64,000 nt of DNA from Octopus vulgaris (GCA_951406725.2 OX597828.1:55056001-55120000), one strand, 5' to 3'; positions 29,109 through 43,046 are shown, counted from the first letter of the stretch. Numbers and translations: made by a program. Notes: generated by a model not told the origin, from the sequence alone.

Positions 29109-29135
29109 GTGTATATGTATATATGTATGTGTGCG

Positions 29136-29177
<42 letters not shown>

Positions 29178-29476
29178 CGCGTGTATATACACACACTTAT
29201 CGCATATATGCTTATATAGGGAGAACATGAGAGAGTTTGGATAAAGAATACGAAAGAAAGATTATAGATAGCGAGGCTGCAATTCACATGCACCTGCTTG
29301 CATATGTGCACCTGGGTGTATATTTGCACCTGCATGAATATTGTGCGTCCTGCGATGGTTCAATTACCAATCATTTATCGGCTTCTTTAATCACTGGAGA
29401 AGAAATAAATGAAACGTCCGATAGTCTATTGATGTATACATAAGTATACATTCACACACCAATACACGTATATGTT

Positions 29477-29584
<108 letters not shown>

Positions 29585-29672
29585 CATACATATATATATT
29601 TATATTATTTCTTTTCATATATTATTAATGATTATTCATACGTAACATACACACACACACACAGACAGACAG

Positions 29673-29794
<122 letters not shown>

Positions 29795-29797
29795 TTA

Positions 29798-29950
29798 TAT
29801 ACGTTGTCTGATAAATAAGTATCCGGACTGTTGTCATAGTAACGAAGCTAAAACACGGAGAGTGAAGTCGCTTGGCACAGATTGACCATAAACTTCGTTG
29901 CGCATGCGCGCAGTGAGTTTTAAAGTTCTAGCTCACTTTCGCCGTTTACA
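29798..29950 (+). mobile_element. Mariner-like terminal fragment
   Basis: tacg..ataaataagtatccggact resembles a mariner TIR; no partner end seen. Confidence 0.4.
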
Positions 29951-30163
29951 AACGAAACAATTGTAAATTAGTGAAATAAAAAGATATTGCCCACTCCTTT
30001 ATCTCTGAGTTTGACTGTAAAATGTCTGCGGATATTTCCTGGTTTCCAGGCTTCTCTTTGATATGTCAGTTTCCAGATTGCTGTCTGCCTTGTAGTCTGG
30101 ATCCGTGAATGAGCTTCATTGGGTGAATTCCTGAGTAATACCCGACTGTTATTATTATTATTA

Positions 30164-30281
<118 letters not shown>

Positions 30282-30411
30282 CATCATCATTATCATCATT
30301 ATCATCATCATCATCATCACCACCATCATCATCATCATCATCACCACCATCATCATTATTATTATTATTATTATTATCATCATTATCATTATTATCATTA
30401 TTATTATTATT

Positions 30412-30882
30412 ATTCAGTAGTTTTATTTTTATTTTTATAGCGTGCTTTCACTTCACTACCGAGCGCAGCTCTGTGTGCCTTGGGTATGTGCTGTGATTTG
30501 TTGTGATGCTCTGATGGTTATTGTATGGAAAGTGTTCTGCGTAGGATGTGTGCAGTGCCTAGTAGTGCAATTTTCTGTATGTTATATGTGTTTGTAAGTC
30601 CTGGTGTTTTTGTTATGTATTTGTCTGAATATTTTTTTATCATGCCTAATGCACCTACTATGATAGGAATTGTTTCTGTTTTCAGATTCCACATTCTAGT
30701 TACCTCTATTTCCAGGTCTTTGTATTTTGAGAGTTTCTCCATTTCTTTTAGAGACACGTTGTCATCAGCCGGTATTGATACATCAATTAGAAAGCATTTT
30801 TTTCTTCATGATCTCTGACAACTATATCTGGTCTGTTGGCCTTAATTTCTCTATCTGTGTGTATCGGCATATCCCAGAGTAT
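30412..30882 (-). mobile_element. 3' end of R4/Dong-like element abutting (TTA)n
   Basis: KLSKYKDLEIEVTRMWNLKTETIPIIVGALG..ALLGTAHILRRTLS plus 3' UTR; nearly identical to 45620-45986. Confidence 0.88.
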
Positions 30883-31139
30883 ATATAAAATTGTGTGTGT
30901 TTGTGCTTGTGTTATGTTTGTCGTTCACTACCACTTGACAAACGGTGTTGGTTTCTTTATGTTCCTGTAGTTTAGCGGTTCGATAAAAGGTACTGACAAG
31001 ATATGTACCAGGTTTAAGAACGAAGTAGTGAGGTCAATTAATCCAGCTAAATTCTTCAAAGTGGTTCTCCAGCATGGCCGCAGTCCAGTAACTGAAACAA
31101 GTCTAAAATACATACATCACATCACATCACAGCTGCATT

Positions 31140-31995
31140 CTCGTTACACGAGAAAAGCCATTGCCAAGAAGACTTACTGATATGATTCATGATTGTTGCC
31201 ATGTGATGCCCTTATATGACTTTTAAGCCCAGCCAAGCTTTTATACATTTTATTACATACTAGACAACTGTGCTGGCTGGCAGGAGAAACAGGTACCACC
31301 ATATGCACTCCCTTAACATGTCTTTTTAGACCTCCAGCTGAGAGACCTCCAGCTGAGAATTTTGATGGCTCACCAGGCCTGCACGACTCAAGCACCTCTG
31401 CCCACAAACCACACACATAAAAAGCAACACTCTCACTTTCCACAGGTTCCCCCTCCTAAGCCCCTCTCAATTCTCTCATACTTCACTCTCTCCTTCTCAG
31501 ACCTTGAACAACCATCAAGCACTCTCTTCCTCCATCCATCACGATCTTGTGCCTCCATCTCCCAATTACCAGCTGCAATTCCTGACTGTATTAGAGCATT
31601 TTAAGGCAATCCTTAAACCTTAGTTTAGGCTTATGCGCTGGTGTCCTGCCATCTTCCAACTCACCATACGATAGCTGCTTGGGCAGTCGCTCATCACTCA
31701 TTCTTACCAAATGTCCCCACCTCAAACGTCTTTGCAAAATCATTGACTCTATACTTCTACTGCTACTCCTCTCAAGCACCTCCACATTACTAATGGCCAT
31801 TTTCCAGTTTGTCCCCCAAATTTTTCTCAGACAGTATTGATGAAATCGTTCCAACTGCCTTACCTGCCTACGGTAAACAACTCATGCCTCACTTCCATAT
31901 AGCAAAGATGGGAGGACGCATGTGTTATATACCTTAACTTTAATTCGTGAAGAGACATTATGTTGTTTCCACAGACGCTTATCAAGCTGAAGAAA
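31140..31995 (-). mobile_element. RTE-clade LINE 3' fragment
   Basis: ERFHQYCLRKI..SNVEVLER..QRRLRWGHLVRMSDERLPKQLSYGEL..PKLRFKDCLK, with terminal zinc finger CLVCNK..GLKSHIRASH. Confidence 0.88.
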
Positions 31996-32161
31996 ATTCT
32001 GACCGGGCCCCACCTACAAGGTCATGCGCTGTTTATCTTCATATGAGATCTCTATGTCGCGCACATATGCTTGTGATGCATGTGCCTAGTGTACCCTTAT
32101 CAGACATGTAGCCATGATGGGTAGACTGGGCTTCGTATATTTGTACTCCAGTGTCACTTTT

Positions 32162-32203
<42 letters not shown>

Positions 32204-32282
32204 GATAAATATTAGGGAATAAATCCAAATTTACAGGGAAAAAATCAGATTTAGGATTAAATCCAATTTTATAGTAAAATAT

Positions 32283-32450
32283 TATATAATATTAATTCGA
32301 GACAAAACCACTATTTTGCAAAACAAACAAGGAAAGACTTAATCAATACATAAAACTTTTTAATATATATTAAAAAGTTTTATGCATTGATTAAGTCTTT
32401 CCTTGTTTGTTTTGCAAAATAGTGGTTTTGTCTCGAATTAATATTATATA
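32283..32450. repeat. 168-bp spacerless palindrome
   Basis: Symmetric about 32366/32367 with one mismatch seen. Confidence 0.95.
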
Positions 32451-32822
32451 TATATATATATATATTCACGCAAACACATGCAAAGATATATACATATGCA
32501 TATATACTATGCATGCATCTAACCATCCATCCATTTATATATTTTGCACATTCATAAACACACACACACCCATGTATATATTCGTGTGCACGCGCGCATA
32601 TGTGAATCCACATTCATATCCATGTTTAGGTACAGTTTGTATTGTAATGAATTTTCTTAGATGTTGTCAATAAGGATTTTGTAAACTCTTTGAAAAAGTT
32701 GTTGAATGGTAACAGTAACATTGTTTTCGTGAGGTCAAATCACTCGTTTAAAGAATATATTAGTCATATTTAAGCATGCTACCGAAATATGTATACATCT
32801 CTCTCCCCGCTCTGTTTATCTG

Positions 32823-32919
<97 letters not shown>

Positions 32920-32966
32920 GTATGTATGTATGTATCTATCTATCTATCTATCTATCTATCTGTCTG

Positions 32967-32999
<33 letters not shown>

Positions 33000-33021
33000 G
33001 TCTTTAGAAAGAAATATAGTT

Positions 33022-33125
<104 letters not shown>

Positions 33126-33494
33126 TGATTGATATATAGTCTGACATATAGAGCAAATAAACTATTTCAAGTACAGTGACATGAATGTACAAGTGTATAA
33201 TGCATTTGCAGTTTATATTATGTCGTATATTGCAAGGACTTATGTCGGCAACATTATACAGCTATAACACCACCATACGACACATTAGTGTACTGGCAGC
33301 GATGAATGTACATACATACATACATACATACATACATACAGGTGTGGCTGTGTGGCAAGAAGCTTTCTTCCCAGCCACATGGTTCTGGGTTCAGGCCCAC
33401 TGTGTGACAAGTTGGGCAAATGTCTTCTACTATAGCCTCGGGTCGACCAAAACCTTGTGAATGGATTTAGTAAACGGAAACTGAAAGAAGGCCT

Positions 33495-34260
33495 TAATAA
33501 TGAAATAAGGCCTTAATGATGAAGAAAAGTCTGTCACCATCAAGGAAAGTGCTAAAGGCACCTCTCATCATGTCATTCACGACAGTTCTATGTCATTTAG
33601 TCAGGGATCCAAGACCTCCTTCAGGAGATTGCAGCAGGCGGCTGCGGTCACTTTAATCTCTTCCGGTACCCTGACTGGGCCAACAAGTCTGTCCCAAATG
33701 ATACCAGCCCACAACATGACTCTTTCACCCTGTTGTTGACGTCGTAAACGTTGGTGATGTTCATCTCCAAAACAGACCCAACCATTTGCCCAACCGTCAG
33801 GCCCGTCAAGGGTTGCCCTGCTTTCGTCAGTGAACAGAATACAATTCCTGTCTAACGTCATGTACTTTTGGTCTTATTGAAGCCTCAAATTCCTGTGATG
33901 GGGCGTTAAAGAAGTTTTCAGGGATTTTCGCACGGAAGCCATGGTCCCACGGATGCAATTTCTGGTGGTTTTCAGTACACGAGAAAGTCTGGAGGCGGTG
34001 AAAATGGCTTTGGTTGTTTCTCCAGGTTTCCGACGCAACTTACAGCCAATATTACTTAAATCCTTAACTGTCCCAGTGATGGAGGTCCCACAATCGGATC
34101 GTTTCTTCCTTGGCGAAGGGTTCAGGAAACTGAACTAAATTAAGAACTACGTTACACAGAATAATGAAAACATAACAATGGTGTTGCCTTAGTGTGCAAA
34201 CCAGTTGCGAAAAATGTTATGAAAAATTGATTCTTAGAAAACCGAGGAATCCTAAATTTC
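33495..34260 (-). mobile_element. Tc1/Tc3-like transposase relic
   Basis: ILFTDESRATLDGPDGW..RRQQQGERVMLWAGI. Confidence 0.8.
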
Positions 34261-34313
34261 ACTCCTTGAAAAGAAAAGAAAACTAAAAGAAAAGAATATA
34301 TGCATACACACAC

Positions 34314-34349
<36 letters not shown>

Positions 34350-34504
34350 TGCAGGAGTGGGTGTGTGGTAAGTAGCTTGCTAACCAACCACATGGTTCCA
34401 GGGTCAGCCCCACTGTGTAGAACCTTGGGTAAGTGTCTTCTACTATAGTCTCGGACCGACCAAAGCCTTGAGTGGATTTGGTAAACGGAAACTGAAAGAA
34501 GCCG

Positions 34505-34950
34505 TTCAAATAGGAGACTCCAATCTTAGTTTTTAACTCGGGTATTATTTTAACTATGATGCTTTTACATAAGTAATGTCCAATGTCCGATTTTGATGGG
34601 CATATTAATCTTACTTGTGGTCCTTAAGTTTTACCCAAGACTTGTCTTTTTTTTGGGGGGGGGGGGGCATTGAGCCATTCCCGTATCGTGCTTCCTTAGA
34701 GTTATTACTATTCCCAATCCTTTGTTGCTTATATTAGCTAAGGTGTAGATGGGTGTTATTTTTTGTTTGCTAAGCATTTAGTTTTGGATTAAACTATTGT
34801 ATAGTGTGGGTGTTTACAATATAAAGATTATCAGTTTTGTTCGCGGGTACAATTATTCCGTCTGTGTCTTAAAAGACCTCCAGTATTTTTCTCAATTTCC
34901 GTTGGCTTTCGTTTTATCTTTGCTGGGCATTTCCTGAATTATTTGCTTCG
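34505..34950 (-). mobile_element. Penelope-like element RT remnant (frameshifted)
   Basis: Minus-strand segments GIIVPANKTDNLYIV, SWVKLKDHK and VRLICPSKSDIG resemble the VPADKTxNxY, LKDHK and RLINPxKSEIG motifs of Penelope-like RTs; lies next to the hammerhead. Confidence 0.7.
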
Positions 34951-35045
34951 TATACATACATACATACATACATACATACATACATACATACATACATACA
35001 TACATACATACATACATACATACATACGTACATACATACATACAC

Positions 35046-35077
<32 letters not shown>

Positions 35078-35119
35078 AAGCTAAAAGTTTTTTGTGCATT
35101 TTTGATGTCGACATAAGTT

Positions 35120-35214
35120 CCTTGATTTTCCTGATGAGAAATCTGCATAATGTACTCCTTATTCCGTCGGAATTAGGAATATGCAGCCTTCGAAACATAT
35201 GTCGAGAATAAAGG
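35120..35214 (+). ncRNA. Type I hammerhead ribozyme, apparently intact, with extended stem II
   Basis: Stem I attttc (35125-30)/gagaat (35204-09), extended by cctt/aagg. Core CTGATGA 35131-37. Stem II gaaatctgcata/tatgcagccttc with inner hairpin tcct-ta-ttcc-gtc-ggaa-tt-agga. GAAA 35192-95, palindromic stem III ACATATGT, cleavage triplet GTC 35201-03. Confidence 0.85.
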
Positions 35215-35421
35215 ATATTTGTTAAGTAGTCGTTCAACTCCATTCTTTCATATACTTATAATTTTAAAATAAACATACAAATTTCCGCACGAAGACACAT
35301 AGTCTATGCCCTAAGGACGTAGCTTCAACCGGGTTCTTTCTGATGTGAATTTGCTACCCAGGTATCGGTTATCTTTCGAATTATCCTTAATAAGATAAAT
35401 CATTCAACTACTCAAATATAC

Positions 35422-35457
<36 letters not shown>

Positions 35458-35670
35458 ATGTGTATATATATATGTATGTATTTATGTATGTATGTATGTA
35501 TGTATGTATGTATGTATCTATCTGCTTTCGGTGCGATAGGAAAGCCTCTTTTTCTGTTGAGGTCTTATATGCCCCTTTATTAAACTATTTTCCTTAGTCA
35601 ATGCCCGGTCATCGCCATAAGATTTAAACTTATACAATATACCATATATGAATATATATGTATACATATG

Positions 35671-35749
<79 letters not shown>

Positions 35750-36419
35750 ATGTATGTATGTATATATATATATATGTATGTATGTATGTATATATGTATA
35801 TATATATATATGTATGTATATATATGTATATATATTTATATGTATGCATATGTGTGTATCTGTGAGTGTGTATGTGTAAGTATGTAATATATTTCCACGC
35901 ACGTAAGTATATACGCGCACAAGTGTCGCAGTGATTCATGCACACATACGCACACACACACGCACACACACAATACACACACACACACGCACACACAAAC
36001 ACACACAAACACACACACACACATGCTCACACACACAATACACACACAATACACACACAATACACACACACACACACAATACACACACACACACAATACA
36101 CACACGCACAATACACCCCCCCCCCCCCCACACACAGAGCACTAATTACAGATAAAACATTAAAAGTTATGTATTTGTAAACATGAAGTATGAAGACTGG
36201 AAACAATAATAACGACGGACCCATTGACGTCACTGAACCAGCAATGTACCATTCTCTGATTATCACAACAGCCAGTTGCTGCGATGTACGATTAAACTGT
36301 TTAAAATGGCAGAAATTTACGCAACGTTATTGTTGTCGTTGTTGCTGTTGCTGTGGTCGTCGTCGTTGTTGTTATTATTATTATCATCATCATCATCATT
36401 ATTATCATCATTCGTTTTT

Positions 36420-36725
36420 TATTACGCAAGTGTATGCTAATTTAGTTAACAGGTATTTTATCTTGACGTTTGGTGATAACAAGTCTCTTCGAATCTCTAG
36501 AATCTTCCTTAGGATTCTTGTAGAATATAGGATGGTACATTTCAACAGGTCGACAATACGAGTTTCAATTCCAATTTCTCTTACCCTTTTAGTTAGCATT
36601 TGACCTGCTAAGAACCGTTGTCCTGGTCTTCCACAGTTTCCTCAACTCTCTGACTAGATACTGATATTTCTCAATTTATTCCATTTCTCTGATATCGACT
36701 CTGCTATCATAGGATTTGGAAAATC
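36420..36725 (-). mobile_element. Degraded 3' end of RLE-type LINE
   Basis: EIGIETRIVDL.K.TILYSTRILRKILEI; homologous to 19250-19410. Confidence 0.7.
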
Positions 36726-36789
36726 TATATCGCAATACATACACATATATACATAAATAAACTCACACACACACACGGACACAGACACA

Positions 36790-36830
<41 letters not shown>

Positions 36831-36838
36831 ATACATAC

Positions 36839-36873
<35 letters not shown>

Positions 36874-36891
36874 TGTATGAACGTATGTATG

Positions 36892-36972
<81 letters not shown>

Positions 36973-37027
36973 CATATATATACATATATATATAGATATA
37001 TGTATACATATATATACATGTATATAC

Positions 37028-37072
<45 letters not shown>

Positions 37073-37078
37073 CATATG

Positions 37079-37122
<44 letters not shown>

Positions 37123-37208
37123 CATACATACATACATACACACACACACAAACACACACATATATATATATATATATACGTACATATAATTCTATATATA
37201 TACATATA

Positions 37209-37490
37209 TATTCTGTTGTGTCTGGGGATAGTCATTTTCTTTTTGTGCCTTATAATTTAAACACATTCACAGTAAAATCTCCACTTATTTCTTATTTTTA
37301 TTTTCCTAAATTAGTCAAGACTATTGAAAAGGATGCAACGAAAATTTTAGGAAAATAAGAATAAGGAATAAGTGGAAATTTTACCGGTGTGTTAAATTAT
37401 AAGGCACAAAAAGAAAATGACACAACAGAATACGCTTCAACACACGAACTCATATAAATAATCTTACAAACCAAATCCCAAAACGAAATA
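37209..37490. repeat. Fold-back palindrome, same family as 56314
   Basis: Same arms with a different junction; flanked by (TA)n. Confidence 0.9.
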
Positions 37491-37522
37491 TACATCTATA
37501 CATATACATCTATACATATACA

Positions 37523-37604
<82 letters not shown>

Positions 37605-37623
37605 AACATGCATACATATATTT

Positions 37624-37683
<60 letters not shown>

Positions 37684-37777
37684 AAGGTTTACGAAAATAA
37701 ACAAAAGATGAGGCAGGTGGAGTACAAACAAACAAATGTATTAGTATGGAGCTCATATATATATATATATATACATA

Positions 37778-37817
<40 letters not shown>

Positions 37818-37984
37818 GCGTGTGTGTGTATGCATATATATATGTGAGATAATAGTTTCAGTATTAATAGTGAAAGTATTAAACTGAAAGTTTTATCTCA
37901 CATTTCAATAGAGATGTTATTGTTTCACTTTTGACACGTATTACAGAAATGGTGTAGGGGATTGCTTTGGACTCGTGTTAGGCA

Positions 37985-38135
37985 AGGAGTTGGAAAGGTT
38001 TTGCGCCCATAACACTAGAGGAACCCTAATTAAGGCATATGTAAATTTTGAAAGAAATTGGTTGGGTAGATCTCGAGTTTTAGTGATGCACACATAGAGA
38101 CACAGACAGACACACACACATTCTGAGTTTTATAT
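37985..38135. mobile_element. Possible non-autonomous Helitron/Helentron-type fragment
   Basis: aaattttgaaagaaattggttgggtagatctcgagtt..cagacagacac..ttttatata layout typical of such elements. Confidence 0.35.
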
Positions 38136-38374
38136 ATGTATATATATATACATTGATAGAAACGGTAAGACAATAAAAGAATGAAAGAGACCTCGATATT
38201 ATGTATATAGAGGAATTTACCTGCAAATATAATATGTGACAATTATTCGGCCCGAATTATTTATGTGGCCTGATAACAGAAGATTTGGCGGCATGATTTT
38301 CCCCCCCGACATCCGAAAATCAGTGTTTTATCATGCTACCGAATAATTGTAACATATTATATTTACACACACAG

Positions 38375-38406
<32 letters not shown>

Positions 38407-38417
38407 TTATATATATA

Positions 38418-38703
38418 CAGCCTGGGTTTCAAGGGCCCACAGCTTTTTAATATTCTCCCAAAGAGTCTGAGGAACTTGCACAAAGTAGATGTAGCGGTTT
38501 TTAAATCAAAGCTGGACCTCTTCCTGTCAAGAGTCCCAGATGAACCTACATCACGGCAAGAGGTGCAAATGAGAGTAGCTGTATCAAACTCCATTCTTCA
38601 CCAAGTGCCGCATATTAGACGAGGTTCGTCGTAATAACAGTGTAGCACAAAACGGCGGTGCATCAGCATGGCCGCAGCTCTGAGCTGAAACTAGAAAAAA
38701 AAA
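38418..38703 (+). mobile_element. CR1-like LINE 3' end
   Basis: SLGFKGPQLFNILPKSLRNLHKVDVAVFKSKLDLFLSRVPDEP..SNSILHQ followed by a 3' stem-loop and A tail. Confidence 0.8.
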
Positions 38704-39119
38704 ATATATATATATCGGTAGTTTATTGATTCTGAATTTTCTGTAGTAACTTAAATTACACAGCACAGCGATCTTCAGACGAGAACTGAAGGTTGCAGTA
38801 GGATTTCGCTCGAAACTCCACTTGCAAGCGAGAAAGTCAGTTTCCATATACCTTAAATTCAACAATGTCCATTGATCACTCCTATATCGTTTAGTTCGAT
38901 ACAATCCTACATTTGAATGTGTGTGTGTGTGTGTGTATGTATGTGTGTGAGTGTATGTGGGCCTATGTGTGTATGGCATTGTCTCTTTCCTTCTATCTAT
39001 CGCCTGTGAGTCTGTGTGTATTTGGGGAGTATATACACGTGAATGGACAGCAACACATCTGACCCGAGTATTTATAGTACTACATATTTTTATATATAAT
39101 ATATGTAATATATAATAAA

Positions 39120-39376
39120 TAAATAAATGCGCCCCTTTAAAGCCTAGCCAGGCTCATGGGCCCGGTTTCCCGGTTTCAATGGCATATGTGTTCCCCAACT
39201 GGACGGGACGCCAGTCCATCGCAGCGTTACTCATTTTTGCCAGCTGAGTGGACTGGAGCAACGTGAAATGAAGTGTTTTGCTCAAGAACACAACGCCTCG
39301 CCCGGTCCAAGAATCGAAACCACAATCTTACGATCATGGTGCTGAAACCCTAACCACTAAGCCACGTGCCTCCACA
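39120..39376 (-). mobile_element. tRNA-derived SINE
   Basis: Reverse complement homolog of 42793-43046. Confidence 0.85.
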
Positions 39377-39732
39377 TATGTAATATATAGTGCTATATAT
39401 ATGATATATACGTATATATGTTACCAACGGAGTAAATAACATGAAATACGTAAACAAACGAGGGAAAAACGTGTGAAATACGTAAACAACGAGATAAAAA
39501 AATGGAAAACAGGACGAGTAAACATAGATATATATCATTTATTATTTATTATTTATTATATATTATTTAATTGAACGCAACACATCCATTTCCAAATAAG
39601 TACATATTTGTGTGTGTGTGTGATTTTGTATGAATATATGTAAGCATGCATATGTGTTTGAATTTATTTATATAAGAATGAATGAATATATATGGACGAA
39701 TGAATGGATGCGTACATGTATGAATGTATATA

Positions 39733-39812
39733 TACAGTGTGCGGCAAAAAAACAACCTCGCAAATTAAATTCATGACTCAGTAAAATATGGGAGCCTTTT
39801 CTGCCGCATTCT
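39733..39812. mobile_element. Tiny Tc1-type MITE
   Basis: ta-cagtgtgcggcaaaaa ... ttttctgccgcattc-ta imperfect TIRs. Confidence 0.45.
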
Positions 39813-40388
39813 ACGCACACAAACGTGTACGTGTGTATATATCCTCGTGTACGTTTCCAATTGTAAGTATAATTTTATAGTCCATGTGTAGACGGATGTT
39901 TATCATTCTTAAACAAGTGGGCGGTGCCAGAAGAACAAGCCATAGCATGATAGGATATGGTCAATTATTTAAAAAAAAAACGAAATATGGTTGGGCGTAT
40001 TTAATTTGAAACCCCTCCCATCAAGCTAGACCTAACATCACTTGACTCAACTGAAATTTACTCTACTACGCCCCCGTCCTTCACTAAATGCAGCGTAGTA
40101 GCAATCCTTTCATTGTTTACATCGTAGAAAATGATGGCCATGAATGAATGAGATAATACACAGTTACTTAGCAACGAAAGGACGCTATATCGCAAGAGCT
40201 GATTGGCTGAATGAGTTATCTGAACGGGTGACATTTTGGCGGGTACCCGCCTGTTTTTTTTTTTTTTTTTTTTTTTACTTAATAGTTTTGTCATCAAACG
40301 AAACAACAAACATGTTATATATTGATATATATATATATTTTCTTTTCTAAGAAAAGGAAACCGAAAGATTAAGGAAATAACAACAGCA

Positions 40389-40459
<71 letters not shown>

Positions 40460-40715
40460 AGCAAGGAACTGCGAATACAAAATAAACCATTGTTGTGACA
40501 ACAATAATGGCAACAAGAGCAATGACAGCAGGAGCAGCAGTAGCAGCAACAACAATAACAGCAGCAGCAGCATTTAACTAAGAGTAAAATAACTAAAAAA
40601 AAAAAAAACATTGAAAAGAAACCAATCAAATACGTCAGAACGTCTGAGAATTTCTAACGTCAGACACGCAACACGCTTTGGATTATTACTATTATTATTA
40701 TTATTATTATTATTA

Positions 40716-40809
<94 letters not shown>

Positions 40810-40903
40810 CATTGTTATTGTTGTTGTTGTTGTTGTTGTTGTTGTTATGCTTCACTTGTAATTGATACATTCACTCATTAACATATAACACACACCTACC
40901 GAG

Positions 40904-40951
<48 letters not shown>

Positions 40952-41279
40952 GCATATATACATATATACACATACAAATATACATATGTTAATATGTAAG
41001 TATGTATGTATATATATATATATATGAGTTGTAAAAGTGTTCAGTTGGTCATACACAACGTATCGTGCCAGAAGTTGTCAACTTATTTCAATACTTATTT
41101 CTCAGTCGTGTGGAGAATACGTCTAACCTCAAGTCTCGGACAGAATTCGCCGTATCTTCCTTGTGAAGCATCATTACCATTTTATATAATATTTACATAA
41201 CACACTTTTATAACAGATATTTATATAAGACACAATACCACAGTACTCGCATTCCCATATATAATATATAACACATTTG

Positions 41280-41338
<59 letters not shown>

Positions 41339-41776
41339 TTCACATTTTTCACATTATATTTTTGCTAAACATTTAAACAAAGTTTCTGAATATTTTGGGA
41401 TAACGGAAAGCAAAAGGTTTGAAAAATACATTAAAAAAAAAAAGAAAACGAAAGAAGATTAAGAGAGAAGGAGAGAGAGTGAGTGAGAGAAAGTGAGAGA
41501 GAGAGAGGGAGAGGAAAAAGGGAGATAGAAAAGATTTTAAAAAAAGGAAGAAAAGAGAAAACAAGGAAGCAAGAAAAGACAGAAAGCAAGAAACAAAGAA
41601 TTGATGTGCGAAAAGACCAAAGGTCAAACGAAAACGAAACAAGATTGAATATTAAAAAAAAAAAATGCATCGATTAGAAAATATATTGATCGTAACTGCA
41701 ATGTTTTTCAGCCATATTCTTTTGGCACCAACAGTACAAGGTTAGTTTACCATTTTCTTCTTTTATATTCATTTGT

Positions 41777-42009
41777 TACTCTTTTACTCTTTTACTTGTT
41801 TCAGTCATTTGACTGCGGCCATGCTGGAGCACCGCCTTTAGTCGAGCAAATCGACCCCAGGACTTATTCTTCGTAATCCTAGTACTTACTCTATCGTTCA
41901 CTTTTGCCAAACCGCCAAGTTACGGGCACATAATCACAACAGCATCGGTTGTCAAACGATGTTGGGAGGACAAATACAGATACACAAACATATATACACA
42001 CACATACGT

Positions 42010-42040
<31 letters not shown>

Positions 42041-42205
42041 CACGTATATACGACGGGCCTCTTTCAGTTTCCGTCTACCAAATCCACTCACAATGCTTTA
42101 GTCTGCCCGAGGCTATAGTAGAAGACACTTGCCCAAGGTGCCATGCAGTGGGACTGAACCCGGAGCCATGTGGTTGGTAAGCAAGCTACTTACCACACAG
42201 CCAGT
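41777..42205 (-). mobile_element. Abundant SINE (57770 family)
   Basis: Full-length reverse copy. Confidence 0.88.
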
Positions 42206-42792
42206 AAATTATTCATCACCATTTAGGTGTATCTAAAGGTTAGCTGTGACACACATACACAAACATTTATTTTCCAAACGTGACTCTCACTCCTTGAGAT
42301 AGTGAAATAGAAGAATAGCCTCGGCCTTTGCTAAAACTTACTGTAGTCTACGTTAATGTAACCCTAGATATATTGTGCCTGAAAAGAAAAAGATTAAATA
42401 ATCGTAACCTGAACAGATTTGATCAGTCACTGGTCTTCTTGATCAGGTCTGACCGGTGGTTAAACAACAACAACACTATTCAATCCTTAACGAAATAAAG
42501 GACATGTTGAGTAATGTATTCCTAGATTTATTATGCCAGTCGGGTTAGGTTCATTGGTCAGCTTGACCATATCTGATTTAGGTTTAAACAACAGCAACAA
42601 ACTATACAAACGCGTAGAATCTGAAGTTAATATATTTTAAGCAGGACTAAAAGTTATTACAGAGATATTCTATCAATGTTTTTACAATATCTTAGTGCCG
42701 TGAATTTCTCACTTCTACACGGATGATATTCATTTAAATCATAATATATGCGGTGTAAGTACTTGAGAAATGTCCTTAATATGACTTCATTT

Positions 42793-43046
42793 GTGGAGGC
42801 GCGTGGCTTAGTGGTTAGGGTGTCAGCATCATGATCGTAAGATTGTGGTTTCGATTCCTGGACTGGGCTACGTGTTGTGTTATTGAGCAAAACACTTCAT
42901 TTCACGTTGCTCCAGTCCATTCAGCTGGCAAAAATGAGTAACGCTGCGATGGACTGGCGTCCCGTCCAGTTGGGAACACATATGCCATAGAAACCGGGAA
43001 ACTGGGCCCATGAGCATGGCTAGGCTTTAAAAGGGCGCATTTATTT
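42793..43046 (+). mobile_element. tRNA-derived SINE
   Basis: 13-bp TSD tatgacttcattt; a sister copy lies at 39120-39376 (-). Confidence 0.9.
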
